The notes: a model not told the origin generated them from the sequence alone. Shown: positions 19,545 through 29,856, counted from the first letter of the stretch. The stretch: 64,000 nucleotides of DNA from Candidatus Omnitrophota bacterium (GCA_037146775.1 JBAWWL010000001.1:133464-197463), one strand, 5' to 3'. Numbers and translations are program-made.

Positions 19545-21617
19545 ATGAAAATACAAACAGATACAAAAATAATTCTTATGCAAATTATCTTCATTATACT
19601 TTCAGCGGTTGTCGTCTATTGGAATTCTTTGGGCGGAAAATTTATGTGGGACGATTTTGGATTGATTAAAGACAATGCATATATTACCCATCACGTAAAT
19701 ATACCGGTTTTCTTTACTCGCGACATGGGCGTCGGTAGCAATGTTCAGTCAAATTACTATCGCCCATTGCAGATGGTAACTAACAAAATTGATTATATGT
19801 TTTGGGGGGTGAACCCTCTAGGCTACCACATTACTAATCTTATTTTCCACATTTTAACTGCACTTGTGCTATTCTGGCTTCTTAATGTGCTTTTCAACAA
19901 GAAAAATATTTCTTTTGTGGCTTCTTTGTTATTTGTGGTCCACCCTGTCCACGTAGAAGCTGTTTCTTATATTTCTGGCCGTTCCGATTCGCTCGCGGCA
20001 TTAGGTATGTTGTTGTCGCTTGTGTTCTATGCGAAATATATCTTGTGTCAAAGTTACCGTTTCTATATCTTTGCTTTGGGAAGTTTTGTTGTCGCGCTTT
20101 TATCTAAAGAGAATAGCGTTATTCTGCCATTCTTGCTTTTTCCGGTCCATTTTGTTTACAGAAAGAAACCGGCCGCGCGGGCATTGTTGCCGTTTTTCGG
20201 CTTATTAGCCGCATATCTGTTGTTTCGACAGCTCGTTGTTCATCCTATATTGTTTTCTTCCGCGTCCTTAGGTGATATGATACAAAGGATTCCCGGATTT
20301 TTACGTTCGATTGCCCGCTATCTACAAATTTTATCATTTCCTTTGGGGCTGCATCTTGAATATGACCACAGGATGTTTAGTATTTACGATCCTATTGTTA
20401 TCGCAGGAATAGTAAGTAGTATCTTCCTGGTAGGATTGGCATGGATAAAGAAGTACAATGCCATAGTGTTATTCTCGATATTATGGTTTTTTCTTGGGCT
20501 TATTCCGGTAAGTAATATTTTAAATATAAGTTATCCATATATGATGGAGCACTGGTGTTATTTTTCTTCGATAGGATTCTTTTTGATTGTTTCGTACACA
20601 CTGTTTTTAATATCCAAAACCAAGCTATTGAAAAGTGCTGCCGTTTTATTTGCGGCCTCATTGTTTATTTTCTATTCGTACAGCGCGATAGGCCAAGTTA
20701 ATCAATGGCGAGATCCTGTAACTGTTTTCGAAACAGCCTTGCGCTATTCGCCCAGCAATTCCATGCTTTATATGTTGCTTGGCGATGAATATCTTGCTGC
20801 AGGAAATAAAGAACAGGCGATTGTCGCGTATAAAAAAGCCATAACGTTAAAACATGATTTTTTCGATGCTTATATCAGCATGGGAAACACCTACTATCAG
20901 TGGGGTAAGCCAAACGATGCCGCCGAAATTTATGGAATAGCGATGGGTCTTTTCCCCAAGTCTTCTAAACCGTACATTGGTCTTGCTAATATATTAACTC
21001 AAACAGGACGCGAAAAAGAAGCTATAAGTCTATACCGCAAAGCGATAGAAAACGACCCTAAAGGAGAGCAGGCCTACTATAATCTCGGTATTGTATATAA
21101 GAAACTCGGGCAGCCGGAACAGGCAATAACGATGTTTAATAAAGTGTTGCGCATTAACCCTAATTTCTTGCTGGCGTATTATCAGCTGGGTTCTTTATAC
21201 AAAACAAGACAGGAGGCAGATAAATTATATTCTCTTTACAGAAAAGCAGTTGCGAATAATCTGGCGTATTTTGATGCTTATTATAGTTTAGCAGATACGT
21301 ATAGTCAGGAAGGTAAATACTCTGAGGCGATACTATTGTATAAAAGAGCCATAAAAATCAATTCCGGATTTGCGGAGAGCTATTTTAACTTGGGAAAGAT
21401 TTATTTTGCCATGAAAAGAGATGAAGAATCAATCGCATATTTTAAGAAAGCTGTCGAGCTGGATCCCGATTTAGCCGTAGCTTATAGTTTTATAGCGCTT
21501 GCGTATGCTTCTCAAAATAAGTACGTTTTGGCAATCCAATATTGCGATAAAGCAGCCTTGCACGGCTACAAAATAAATCCTCAGTTCCTGGAATTACTGA
21601 AACCATATCGAGAATAG
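19545..21617 (+). CDS. TPR-repeat membrane protein, TMTC/DUF1736-like (possible protein O-glycosyl/mannosyltransferase-like)
   Basis: N-terminal ~400 aa polytopic membrane domain, then ~8 TPR repeats (AYYNLG, AYYQLG, AYYSLA ...). Confidence 0.55.
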   Translation: MKIQTDTKIILMQIIFIILSAVVVYWNSLGGKFMWDDFGLIKDNAYITHHVNIPVFFTRDMGVGSNVQSNYYRPLQMVTNKIDYMFWGVNPLGYHITNLIFHILTALVLFWLLNVLFNKKNISFVASLLFVVHPVHVEAVSYISGRSDSLAALGMLLSLVFYAKYILCQSYRFYIFALGSFVVALLSKENSVILPFLLFPVHFVYRKKPAARALLPFFGLLAAYLLFRQLVVHPILFSSASLGDMIQRIPGFLRSIARYLQILSFPLGLHLEYDHRMFSIYDPIVIAGIVSSIFLVGLAWIKKYNAIVLFSILWFFLGLIPVSNILNISYPYMMEHWCYFSSIGFFLIVSYTLFLISKTKLLKSAAVLFAASLFIFYSYSAIGQVNQWRDPVTVFETALRYSPSNSMLYMLLGDEYLAAGNKEQAIVAYKKAITLKHDFFDAYISMGNTYYQWGKPNDAAEIYGIAMGLFPKSSKPYIGLANILTQTGREKEAISLYRKAIENDPKGEQAYYNLGIVYKKLGQPEQAITMFNKVLRINPNFLLAYYQLGSLYKTRQEADKLYSLYRKAVANNLAYFDAYYSLADTYSQEGKYSEAILLYKRAIKINSGFAESYFNLGKIYFAMKRDEESIAYFKKAVELDPDLAVAYSFIALAYASQNKYVLAIQYCDKAALHGYKINPQFLELLKPYRE

Positions 21618-21749
21618 GAATTTTTGTATATCTGTTTTATATATTCTTTGGCAGGCATAGAAAAATTATTTCAAGTTCATACATCGATTCCTGAATGGTT
21701 GCATGAGAAGATGTTTGCTTTTGCGCCGGATTTGATATAATATCGCACT

Positions 21750-22607
21750 ATGAAGATAATAGATATTCTTGGCACACACACAGAAGGGGTAGCTTTTGAG
21801 TTTTTCCCACCCAGAACCGAAGCCGGCAAAAATACTTTTGCCGCTACTGCCAAGGCATTAAAAGCGCATAAGCCGTTATACGTTTCTATGACTTGCGGGG
21901 CTGCCGGATCGCGGCAGGGCTACACTCAGGAAGCCGTCGACGTATTGCTTGGACAAAATTATTCTACAGTTATGCCGCATCTTACCTGCGTGGATGCCAC
22001 CTCAGGCGGCATTGCTGACGTGCTTGAATCTTATAAGAAAAAGGGTATTGAAAATATTATGGCTTTACGGGGCGACCCGCCTCAGGATAATAATGATTTT
22101 GATTTTTCCCGGCAGGAATTTCGCTGCGCTTATGATTTGGTAAAAACGGTTAAACGGTACAATCATTTTTGCATAGGGGTTGCGGTTTATCCCGAAGGCC
22201 ACATTCAGAGCCGTTCTTTCGAGGAAGATTTGGAATATACCAAGCAAAAAATTGACGCAGGAGCTGATTTTGCCGTAACGCAGATGTTTTTTGATAATGC
22301 GTATTATTATAATTTTTTAGAACAGGCGAAAAGGAAAGGTATTGCTATTCCGATCATCGCAGGGATCCTGCCGCTGGTAGATATTGTTAAGGTAAAGCAG
22401 TTTATTTCTATCTGTAGAACGACGATTCCCCGTCAGATTGAAGTTGAAATGATGCGTTTTTCCGGTAGGCCCGAAGACATGGAAAAGGTTGGTCTTGATT
22501 TTACCATTGCACAGTGTCGGGATCTCATCAAGAACGGTTTCGGGAAGCTGCATTTTTTTACGCTCAACAAGCCAGAAGTTATCGCGCGTATTGTGAGTGC
22601 GCTTTAG
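21750..22607 (+). CDS. metF: 5,10-methylenetetrahydrofolate reductase
   Basis: N-terminal FEFFPPRT and overall MTHFR-like sequence, 285 aa. Confidence 0.75.
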   Translation: MKIIDILGTHTEGVAFEFFPPRTEAGKNTFAATAKALKAHKPLYVSMTCGAAGSRQGYTQEAVDVLLGQNYSTVMPHLTCVDATSGGIADVLESYKKKGIENIMALRGDPPQDNNDFDFSRQEFRCAYDLVKTVKRYNHFCIGVAVYPEGHIQSRSFEEDLEYTKQKIDAGADFAVTQMFFDNAYYYNFLEQAKRKGIAIPIIAGILPLVDIVKVKQFISICRTTIPRQIEVEMMRFSGRPEDMEKVGLDFTIAQCRDLIKNGFGKLHFFTLNKPEVIARIVSAL

Positions 22608-22693
22608 CGCTTTGTGCTTTTACTTTTCAATCAAAAAAAGCCGAGTAGCGGGTTGGAAACTATTTATCACCGACGTTGGGGGCGGGTGGTTTT

Positions 22694-23065
22694 ATGGTGA
22701 ACAGACGTATGTATAGGGCGGTGCTGTTGATTGTATTGGTTAGCTTGGATGTTTGTGCCGGCCCCGCGTGGCCGCAAGAAGCAATCATTATAGCTCAAAC
22801 AGCAATTCCTGTTATTGAGAATGCTCGGTGTATACAAAACCAAGGAAAGGTTTCTGCCGACACGCACATTGCTACCTACAGGGTCAACAAGAACTTTACG
22901 CAGGTGGTAGAATTTTATAAAGATTTTTTTGCCGCCGGAGGTTTCTCGACAATGATTGAGCAGAGCAAAGATATTTTTAACATGTCCGTTAAAAAAGAAA
23001 ATGTTATGTTTACGATGCGCATATATCCCGAAGGGAAACAGGTGGCGGTGCAGTTTATATGGTAA
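22694..23065 (+). CDS. hypothetical secreted protein
   Basis: Signal peptide (MYRAVLLIVLVSLDVCAG). Internal start chosen. No recognised domain. Confidence 0.35.
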   Translation: MVNRRMYRAVLLIVLVSLDVCAGPAWPQEAIIIAQTAIPVIENARCIQNQGKVSADTHIATYRVNKNFTQVVEFYKDFFAAGGFSTMIEQSKDIFNMSVKKENVMFTMRIYPEGKQVAVQFIW

Positions 23066-23856
23066 AGTTATTTATGTGCCGTATCGTAGCGATCCTTGCA
23101 TTGTTATTGTGTGCGGGCTGCGCAACGCTCTATAATCCTGCTACCGAAAAGAAAGAATTTATTTTCATTAACAGTTCGATGGAAACGGCTATTGGGAAAA
23201 ATGTAGTTGGGCAGCTTTTAAGTGAGCACCCCGAGTCAAAAGACGTGAATATACAAGAGCGTGTAAAAGCGGTAGGCAACCGTGTCGCCGCTGTTTCTGA
23301 ACGCAAAGATATCGCTTATACTTTCAGCGTTATCGACGATAAAGAGCTTAATGCCATGGCTCTTCCCGGTGGATTTATTTATATCAATAAAGGGTTGGTG
23401 GAAATTTTGACCAATGATGAACTTGCGTTTGTTTTGGGGCATGAAATCGGCCACGTAGCCGCAAGGCACCTCGCCAAGAAAATGCAGGCTAATATAGGGT
23501 ACCAGTTGCTTTTAGCCTTGGCTTTTTCTGTTGGCTCGCAGACTGATGCGGCGAATGCAAAAACAGTGGCGCAAAGTGCCGATGCGGTTTATAATCTAGT
23601 ACAACTAGGGTATAGCCGAAAAGATGAATTAGAGGCTGATCGTTTGGGTGTGCGTTATTCGTTGTCGGCAGGGTATGATCCGCGTGCGGGGATATCGGCC
23701 TTGGAAAAGCTCAAAAAAGAATCCGGCCAAGGTGCGAACGTGCCAAGTTATTTACGCACACATCCTTATATCGAAGAACGCGTCGCGGCGCTAAAAGTTG
23801 CGATACCCCAGGCTATGCTTCGTGCAAAGAACAGTCAGTTGACTCATAAAGAGTAG
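23059..23856 (+). CDS. M48 family peptidase, lipoprotein (BepA/YfgC-like catalytic domain without TPR)
   Basis: Lipobox LLLCAGC and HEIGH motif LGHEIGHVAARH, plus a downstream E (EADRLG). Confidence 0.65.
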   Translation: MVKLFMCRIVAILALLLCAGCATLYNPATEKKEFIFINSSMETAIGKNVVGQLLSEHPESKDVNIQERVKAVGNRVAAVSERKDIAYTFSVIDDKELNAMALPGGFIYINKGLVEILTNDELAFVLGHEIGHVAARHLAKKMQANIGYQLLLALAFSVGSQTDAANAKTVAQSADAVYNLVQLGYSRKDELEADRLGVRYSLSAGYDPRAGISALEKLKKESGQGANVPSYLRTHPYIEERVAALKVAIPQAMLRAKNSQLTHKE

Positions 23857-23876
23857 CGTAAAAGAAGGAGGCTAAA

Positions 23877-24452
23877 ATGATGTTGATGATTAGTGGCGTT
23901 ATCGGCATAATTCTGGCGGTAGCAGTCTTGGCGGTTGTCGTATGGCTCATTAAGGTTTATAATTCACTTATTCAACTTAAAGTGCGGGCTGACGGTGCGT
24001 GGGCCGACATCAATGTACAGCTGAAACGTCGTTACGATCTTATTCCGAATCTTGTGGCGACCGTAGAAGGTTATGCTACGCATGAACGTTCGACGCTTGA
24101 GGCAGTGACGAAAGCGCGCATGAAAGCAATGAGCGCAGGAGACATAAATCAGAAAAGTTCTACCGAAAACGCGCTTTCCGGTACCTTAAAAACGCTTTTT
24201 GCCGTTGCGGAGAATTATCCGCAATTGAAAGCCAACGAGAATTTCCTGCAATTACAGAAGAGTCTTGGTGAAATTGAAGAAGCGCTTCAGGCTTCTCGGC
24301 GGTATTATAATGCCGTAGTGCGTGATTTTGCTACACAGCTGGAAGTATTTCCAAATAATATTCTCGCTCAGATGTTCCATTTTACCAAGAAAGAGTTTTT
24401 TCAGCTCGAGAATCCCGAAACAGAACAAAAAAATCCCCAGGTTAAATTTTAG
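23877..24452 (+). CDS. LemA family protein
   Basis: N-terminal TM helix and LemA-typical NSLIQLKVRADGAWADINVQLKRRYDLIPNLV. AAGGAGG RBS. Confidence 0.7.
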   Translation: MMLMISGVIGIILAVAVLAVVVWLIKVYNSLIQLKVRADGAWADINVQLKRRYDLIPNLVATVEGYATHERSTLEAVTKARMKAMSAGDINQKSSTENALSGTLKTLFAVAENYPQLKANENFLQLQKSLGEIEEALQASRRYYNAVVRDFATQLEVFPNNILAQMFHFTKKEFFQLENPETEQKNPQVKF

Positions 24453-24502
24453 ATGTATCTGTCTGGCATATACGCGTATGGGCCAGTTAAAAGGAGACGC
24501 TT

Positions 24503-25252
24503 ATGGCTATCAAACCTCAGAGAACCATAATTACCAAGCAACAGCCAAAGAAAAACATATCTTTTTTTGGTATTGCAAGCTTATTGTGTGGTTGCTTTTT
24601 TCTTTGGCCGGTTGGGATCGTTCTGGGAATTGTGGCGATTATCTTGGGCATTATCGCGTTCGTGCAGATTTCCAAAGATAAAGATGAGGAGAGAAAAGGC
24701 ATCGGTTTTGCTATCGGAGGAATCGCTCTCGGGGTTTTATCTTTACTCAACCCTTTATTGGTCAGGATTGCCGTTGAACTTAATGCTCCTGCTTTTTTGA
24801 GGGTGAACAGAGAGGCTCAGGAGTCTGCGGCAGCCGCGGCGATGCGCAGTATCTATACTGCCGAAACCTCACACAGGCTTACCTATCAGACTTACATAAC
24901 GCTTGATCAGTTTGGCAGCGCCGGTTCTTCTTATATCGATTCCAACCTGGCCTGCGCTCAACCGACATGTTTCCAGTATGATTATGCTTTTAATGTAGTA
25001 GTTGCAGGCCCGGAAAGTTTTTTTGTAACTGCTCAGCCAAAAGATTTATCCTTAAGGCACACCTATTATATCGATGAAAGCGGCGTTTTATGCCGGTCTG
25101 ACGCAGTTGGCACGGCCAAGGTGCAGACCCACGCAGACAGCGGCTGTCCTGTCGGTTTTTCAAAAGTAAAAGAAGTAGCGCCAGCTGTCATATCGTCGGA
25201 AGATTCTGGTAAAAAACCTGCCAAGGAGAAACCGTGGCAAAAAAAGCGCTGA
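24503..25252 (+). CDS. membrane protein: N-terminal two-TM (DUF4190-like) region fused to a pseudopilin-like periplasmic domain
   Basis: Two hydrophobic helices, then ESAAAAAMRSIYTAETSHRLTYQTY resembling the post-helix region of type IV pilin-like proteins. No prepilin G/FTLIE cleavage motif. Confidence 0.4.
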   Translation: MAIKPQRTIITKQQPKKNISFFGIASLLCGCFFLWPVGIVLGIVAIILGIIAFVQISKDKDEERKGIGFAIGGIALGVLSLLNPLLVRIAVELNAPAFLRVNREAQESAAAAAMRSIYTAETSHRLTYQTYITLDQFGSAGSSYIDSNLACAQPTCFQYDYAFNVVVAGPESFFVTAQPKDLSLRHTYYIDESGVLCRSDAVGTAKVQTHADSGCPVGFSKVKEVAPAVISSEDSGKKPAKEKPWQKKR

Positions 25253-25815
25253 TACTGTGTTCCAGCCCGCATAAGAATGGTAACACCAATACTGTTGCGC
25301 AGTGGGTGAGCGAGGGGATAAAAGCCGCCGGAGGGCAAGCCGAAAGTATTGATATAACCTCCCTGAGATACAAGACAAGTGGTTGTATCGCGTGTATGGG
25401 CTGTAAGCAATCGGATAAGTTTGTGTGTGTTGTCAACGATGAAGCGCAGCCAATTCTTAAGCGTATTCCAAAGGCCGATATTTTGATATTTGCGACCCCT
25501 CTTTATTTTTTCGGGCCAACGGCACAGATGAAGATATTCTCCGATCGTATGTATTCGCTTTTTAAGTTTGATAAGAAAAAAGGGGCCATAATACACCATC
25601 TTTATCATATGAAATTTGCGGTCATTTCCACCGCCGGCAGTAACGAGTTTGGCGCTCTGACGAAGTTATTCGACGTTCTGGCCGGTTTTATTGGTGTTAA
25701 GGTGGAAACGCTTCTAATTCCTTTTGTCAACCACCCAGAAATGTTAAAGAAGAGTGCCGTGATGAAGGAAAAAGCAATTATGTTTGGCCGCCGGCTTGTG
25801 CGTGGCCGGAAGTAA
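25234..25815 (+). CDS. flavodoxin-like fold NAD(P)H-dependent FMN reductase / iron-sulfur flavoprotein family protein (paralog)
   Basis: LILCSSPHKNGNT loop and Cys cluster CIACMGC. Clear paralog of 12610..13182 (the shared ATPLYFF block: VIVMATPLYFF vs ILIFATPLYFF). Confidence 0.65.
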   Translation: MAKKALILCSSPHKNGNTNTVAQWVSEGIKAAGGQAESIDITSLRYKTSGCIACMGCKQSDKFVCVVNDEAQPILKRIPKADILIFATPLYFFGPTAQMKIFSDRMYSLFKFDKKKGAIIHHLYHMKFAVISTAGSNEFGALTKLFDVLAGFIGVKVETLLIPFVNHPEMLKKSAVMKEKAIMFGRRLVRGRK

Positions 25816-26091
25816 AAGTTTTCGGCTGCATAGAATGAACAGCATGCTTAAAGGAAAATAAAGATATGGTTACGACAATAATTTTTAACTTATTACTTTT
25901 CTATTTACTTTTTATTATTCTTTATAGGGTTGTTTTATTCTTATTGAGGTTTTCTTTGCGACAAAACTCAATGGATAGCAACCGCCGCAAAACTGACTTT
26001 GGTGCCCGGAACGAACCCCGCCGAGAAAAAGAAATTATTGACGCCGATTTTGAGGAAATAAAATAGTTTTTTCCGCCACAGGCGCGTATAC

Positions 26092-27291
26092 ATGTCATTT
26101 ATGCCCAACGAGCGTTATATAGTTCATGTAGATATGGATGCATTTTTCGCTGCGATTGAGCAGCGGGATAATCCAGGGCTTAGGGGCAAACCTGTTGTTG
26201 TGGGGGCAGACCCTAAGGCCGGCCGCGGCCGGGGTGTTGTTTCTACCTGTTCGTACGAAGCGAGAAAATTTGGCATACATTCCGCCATGCCTATCTCGAC
26301 CGCCTATCGTAACTGCCCTCGGGCCGTATTTCTTCCTGTCGATATGGAGAGGTATACGGATGTTTCTCGACAGCTTTACAACATATATAATGAATTTACG
26401 CCTATGGTTGAACCTGCCGGTTTAGACGAGGCATATTTGGATATAACGGCAAGTCATCATCTTTTTGACGGTCCTGCTTGCACTTGCATATTGCTTAAAA
26501 CAAGAATAAAAGAAGTTACTCGTTTGACCGCATCGGTGGGACTTGCGCCGATGAAAATGGCAGCGAAAATTGCCTCTGACTTAAAGAAACCGGACGGTTT
26601 TGTACAGGTTAGCCAAACCTCTCTTTTGGATTTTTTATGGCCGCTTCCTGTGGACAAAATATGTGGTTTAGGCAAAAAAACAAAGATTTTTCTTGAGCAG
26701 TATGGTATTGTTACGATAGGCGATCTCGCCCGGCGCAATAAGGATGAATTAATCTCGCTTTTAGGAAGAAACGGCGAAACTTTATGGCAATTAGCTAACG
26801 GTATTGATGAGCGGAACATAGAGATTGCTACCGAGGCAAAATCCATCAGCAGCGAGACAACATTTATGGTAGATACCCTTGATAATCACCGCATAATGGG
26901 TGCTTTGTTTTCGTTATGCGAAAGCGTGTCTAGTCGTTTGCGTAAGGAAGCGTGTAAGGCCAAGACTGTTACTCTTAAGGTAAGATTTGAAGGATTTGAT
27001 ACGTACACCAAGGCCGTGACGATGCATAAATCAACTAACTTTTCCGAGGATATATATAAGGTTGCAAGAAAGCTATATGATATGTTTGAGATAAAAGATA
27101 AGAAAGTAAGGCTTATTGGAGTAAAGACGTCCGGCCTTCTTCCCGGCGATACTCAGGACAGTCTTTTTAGGGATGCGAGTGACAATAGGAAGGAGGAGAT
27201 ATACAGGGCCATGGAGCGTATTAAAGCAAAGTTTGGCGATGACAGTATTTGTAGGGCTGCGAGCAGGATAATGCACGGTGGCAGGCATTAA
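26092..27291 (+). CDS. dinB: DNA polymerase IV (Y-family)
   Basis: IVHVDMDAFFAAIEQ catalytic motif, Y-family fingers/palm organisation, ~399 aa. Confidence 0.8.
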   Translation: MSFMPNERYIVHVDMDAFFAAIEQRDNPGLRGKPVVVGADPKAGRGRGVVSTCSYEARKFGIHSAMPISTAYRNCPRAVFLPVDMERYTDVSRQLYNIYNEFTPMVEPAGLDEAYLDITASHHLFDGPACTCILLKTRIKEVTRLTASVGLAPMKMAAKIASDLKKPDGFVQVSQTSLLDFLWPLPVDKICGLGKKTKIFLEQYGIVTIGDLARRNKDELISLLGRNGETLWQLANGIDERNIEIATEAKSISSETTFMVDTLDNHRIMGALFSLCESVSSRLRKEACKAKTVTLKVRFEGFDTYTKAVTMHKSTNFSEDIYKVARKLYDMFEIKDKKVRLIGVKTSGLLPGDTQDSLFRDASDNRKEEIYRAMERIKAKFGDDSICRAASRIMHGGRH

Positions 27292-27384
27292 GCGACTTTT
27301 TAGAAGTTTTTGTTTTCTTGACAGAAGTTTGTGATATAGTAATACCGGGAGCGAAAGTATATTATCAGAAAAGAGGAGGGGAGT

Positions 27385-27621
27385 ATGCCTTATGATGCGA
27401 GTTTAGACGAGAGTTTGTTTTCAAAGACATATGAAACAGAAGAAGAACGTCTTACGGTCAGCGTGTATGCTTATAATAAGGGGCAGAAAAAGTTGCAGCT
27501 TACGCGTGAAAACAAAGATAATCAAGGCGAATACAGATTTGCGAAGTTAGGTAGAATGACAAAAGGTGAAATTACAGCCTTGCTGCCGCTCATACAGGAA
27601 GCAATAAAGTTCATGGAATAA
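27385..27621 (+). CDS. small hypothetical protein
   Basis: 78 aa ORF with a GGAGGGGAG RBS. No recognised domain. Confidence 0.35.
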   Translation: MPYDASLDESLFSKTYETEEERLTVSVYAYNKGQKKLQLTRENKDNQGEYRFAKLGRMTKGEITALLPLIQEAIKFME

Positions 27622-27674
27622 TTTCTTACGCGGTGGTTTTGTCTGCGTAGTCAGTCGAACTAAGGAGGTAGGGC

Positions 27675-28028
27675 ATGATACGATGCAAATTTTGTAAAGC
27701 ACCATTGAGTGGTTTATTGAGCGTAATTGGCAAGACCGTTTTTAATATTAGGCCTTCCGTGCAGGATCATGAGGTGTGTAGCAAATGCGTCGGTAAACAG
27801 CCAGCTCAGTCGCTGGAAGAGGAAGCCGATAATATAAAAGCAAAAAAATATAAATGCCAAATATGTGCTCGAGCTATCCATCAGGAGCACGCTTTAGAGC
27901 ATATTAAGGCGGAGGAATATCTTATTAATCTTATTAAAAAAGATCATCCGCAGTGGCAGATTAAAGATGTTACCTGTAAAGAATGTATTGAGTATTACCG
28001 CAAACTTATAAAAGACGCGGAAATTTAA
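27675..28028 (+). CDS. small double zinc-ribbon protein
   Basis: Four CxxC pairs (CKFC, CSKC, CQIC, CKEC). AAGGAGG RBS. Confidence 0.4.
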   Translation: MIRCKFCKAPLSGLLSVIGKTVFNIRPSVQDHEVCSKCVGKQPAQSLEEEADNIKAKKYKCQICARAIHQEHALEHIKAEEYLINLIKKDHPQWQIKDVTCKECIEYYRKLIKDAEI

Positions 28029-28325
28029 CCCGACAGATAAATCTTTTATCTGCTATGTGTGTTGCCGGCCGTAGAGATTAAGGGTACAATTGCCCGATAA
28101 TCCTTCAGTGTCAAATTAATACAGCTTGCCTGCCAACTATTTTATCCTGGTGTTTTGATTTGTCCGTCCACTGACCGATATGTAAGGCGTATGTTTTTGC
28201 GGAGTCGTTCGTAGCGCTTTTTTGGACAGGCTATAGTATAATAAAGTATTCAAGAAGCAAAGATGAAATCTTATAATTACGGAAGGCTTTATTAATCAAG
28301 AAATAACGGCAGGAAAAAAATCAAT

Positions 28326-28382
28326 AAGAAAATAAAAAAGGGGTAGAAAAAGAAGGGAACGGTATTCTTTCTCTACCCCTTG
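28326..28382 (-). terminator. rho-independent terminator of the RRM gene
   Basis: On the minus strand ggggtagagaaag...ctttttctacccc is followed by a T-run, immediately 3' of the CDS stop. Confidence 0.6.
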
Positions 28383-28386
28383 GGGA

Positions 28387-28731
28387 CTATCTTCCTTTAA
28401 ATCCGCCGCCAGAGTATCCGCCGCGACTTCCACCACCACCACCGCCGCCGCCGCCGAAACTATCTCTGCGTGGACGCATTTTCTGTGCTTTGCTGACGCG
28501 TAGTGCTCTTCCGTTCATATCTTGACCGTTTAGAACATCTATTGCCTGCTTGGCTTGCTCTTCAGTTTCAAATTCCGCAAATCCAAAACCCTTTGATCTG
28601 CCGGAGAATTTGTCACTGATGATTTTAACTTCTTTTACAGTTAATCCCTTTTCTTCAATAAACTTTTTGAGATCAGCATCTTGTACGCCGAACTCTAAAT
28701 TCCCTATGTATAGCTTTTTTTCCTCTTCCAT
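28387..28731 (-). CDS. glycine-rich RNA-binding protein with single RRM
   Basis: RNP2-like LYIGNL and RNP1-like KGFGFAEF, with a C-terminal GGGGGGGGSRGGYSGGGF tail. Internal ATG (MEEEKK) chosen. Long ~120 nt 5' UTR. Confidence 0.7.
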   Translation of the reverse strand: MEEEKKLYIGNLEFGVQDADLKKFIEEKGLTVKEVKIISDKFSGRSKGFGFAEFETEEQAKQAIDVLNGQDMNGRALRVSKAQKMRPRRDSFGGGGGGGGGSRGGYSGGGFKGR

Positions 28732-28851
28732 GATCAGACTCCTTTTGCCTTTACGTAAACCAATGTACTTACTTTTACAATCCGTTTCTTTGTGAGAAAC
28801 TTCCCTCAAGAGCGTGTAACCATGCTCTTGTCGACCGCCTAAACAGCAGTC

Positions 28852-29013
28852 TTACAAACACTTTTTCCGCTTTTCCCTCCTTTTTTGAGATGGTTTGGTA
28901 TAATGTTGCCGTTCCCGAAAATTTCTTACAATGCCTTCTCGTTTGCATTGCATCATAAATTTACGCAACGCTTTCTCAAAATCTTCCCTTATCTCGATTT
29001 TCACTTCCGCCAT
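28852..29013 (-). CDS. rpsU: 30S ribosomal protein S21
   Basis: MAEVKIEIREDFEKALRKFMMQCKREGIV...KRREKRKK matches the S21 pattern. Internal ATG chosen over the ORF-track start. Confidence 0.65.
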   Translation of the reverse strand: MAEVKIEIREDFEKALRKFMMQCKREGIVRNFRERQHYTKPSQKRREKRKKCL

Positions 29014-29233
29014 AGCACCACCGTTGTAAGGCGCAATTATAGCATGTTTTGCCATTTTTACAAGAAGAATTTGCAACCATCTTTTTTAAGGTATTTTCTT
29101 CCAAAATCTCAAATTTTCTGTATAATAATGGTGTTTTATAAAAGTCGGCTCATTAGAGTAGGATGAAAATCTTAAGGTTTCCCTGGGTGTGTCTGAGATC
29201 GTTTGATATATAACGATAAAAAGGAGGAGTAGT

Positions 29234-29788
29234 ATGTTGGAACGTATTATGATATTTATCGACGCTGAATATGTAGTACAGAAAATACGCGAGATTGGCG
29301 CACGTAAAAGTATCGGCCGGAAAGATATCGAGTGGAAAAACATCATTAAGTGGATTGTGGGGTCCAGACACCTGGTGCGTAGTTACTATTATTCGGCAGA
29401 GCTAAGTAAAGATGAAAATGCGAAGACGTTTCATGAACAGCAGGAACATCTTGGAAAGCTAAAGATGAGTATTCCTTATTTTGAGGTACGATTGGGAAGG
29501 CTGGTGCGCGTATATCATGATTGGGTTCAGAAAGGCCTCGATGTTAAGATCGCGGTAGATATGTTTTCAAAAGCTGTTACCAACCAATACGATGTTGCGG
29601 CGCTTATTTCTGGCGATTCCGATTTCGTCGAAGTTATTGGAGAAATCAAGGAAATGTACGGTAAGCATGTAGAGCTTTTCACCTTTGATATGGCGATCAA
29701 CGACAGCCTTAAATTTGCTCCCGACAGGCACTTTATTATTGATTCGCAGTCGGCCCGCAAGTTTCATTTCTGGCCAGAAACAAGATAA
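29234..29788 (+). CDS. NYN domain (LabA-like, PIN-fold) protein
   Basis: N-terminal IFIDAEYV and later ISGDSDF acidic motifs typical of NYN/LabA nucleases. AAAGGAGG RBS. Confidence 0.55.
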   Translation: MLERIMIFIDAEYVVQKIREIGARKSIGRKDIEWKNIIKWIVGSRHLVRSYYYSAELSKDENAKTFHEQQEHLGKLKMSIPYFEVRLGRLVRVYHDWVQKGLDVKIAVDMFSKAVTNQYDVAALISGDSDFVEVIGEIKEMYGKHVELFTFDMAINDSLKFAPDRHFIIDSQSARKFHFWPETR

Positions 29789-29856
29789 TGGATCTTCGTT
29801 CCTTGTGGGGTTTGGCTGCGGGAAAAAGGTTTAACTAAACTAATAAAAAAGTAATT

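Noticed and set aside
25866-26066. 66-aa + strand ORF between the flavoprotein gene and dinB
   Set aside because: Hydrophobic, low-complexity N-terminus encoded by an AT-rich spacer, with no RBS. Probably just the dinB promoter region. Left uncalled.
28029-28060. cagataaa-tctt-ttatctg hairpin after the zinc-ribbon gene as an intrinsic terminator
   Set aside because: The stem is only 8 bp and AT-only, with no following T-run. Too weak to call.
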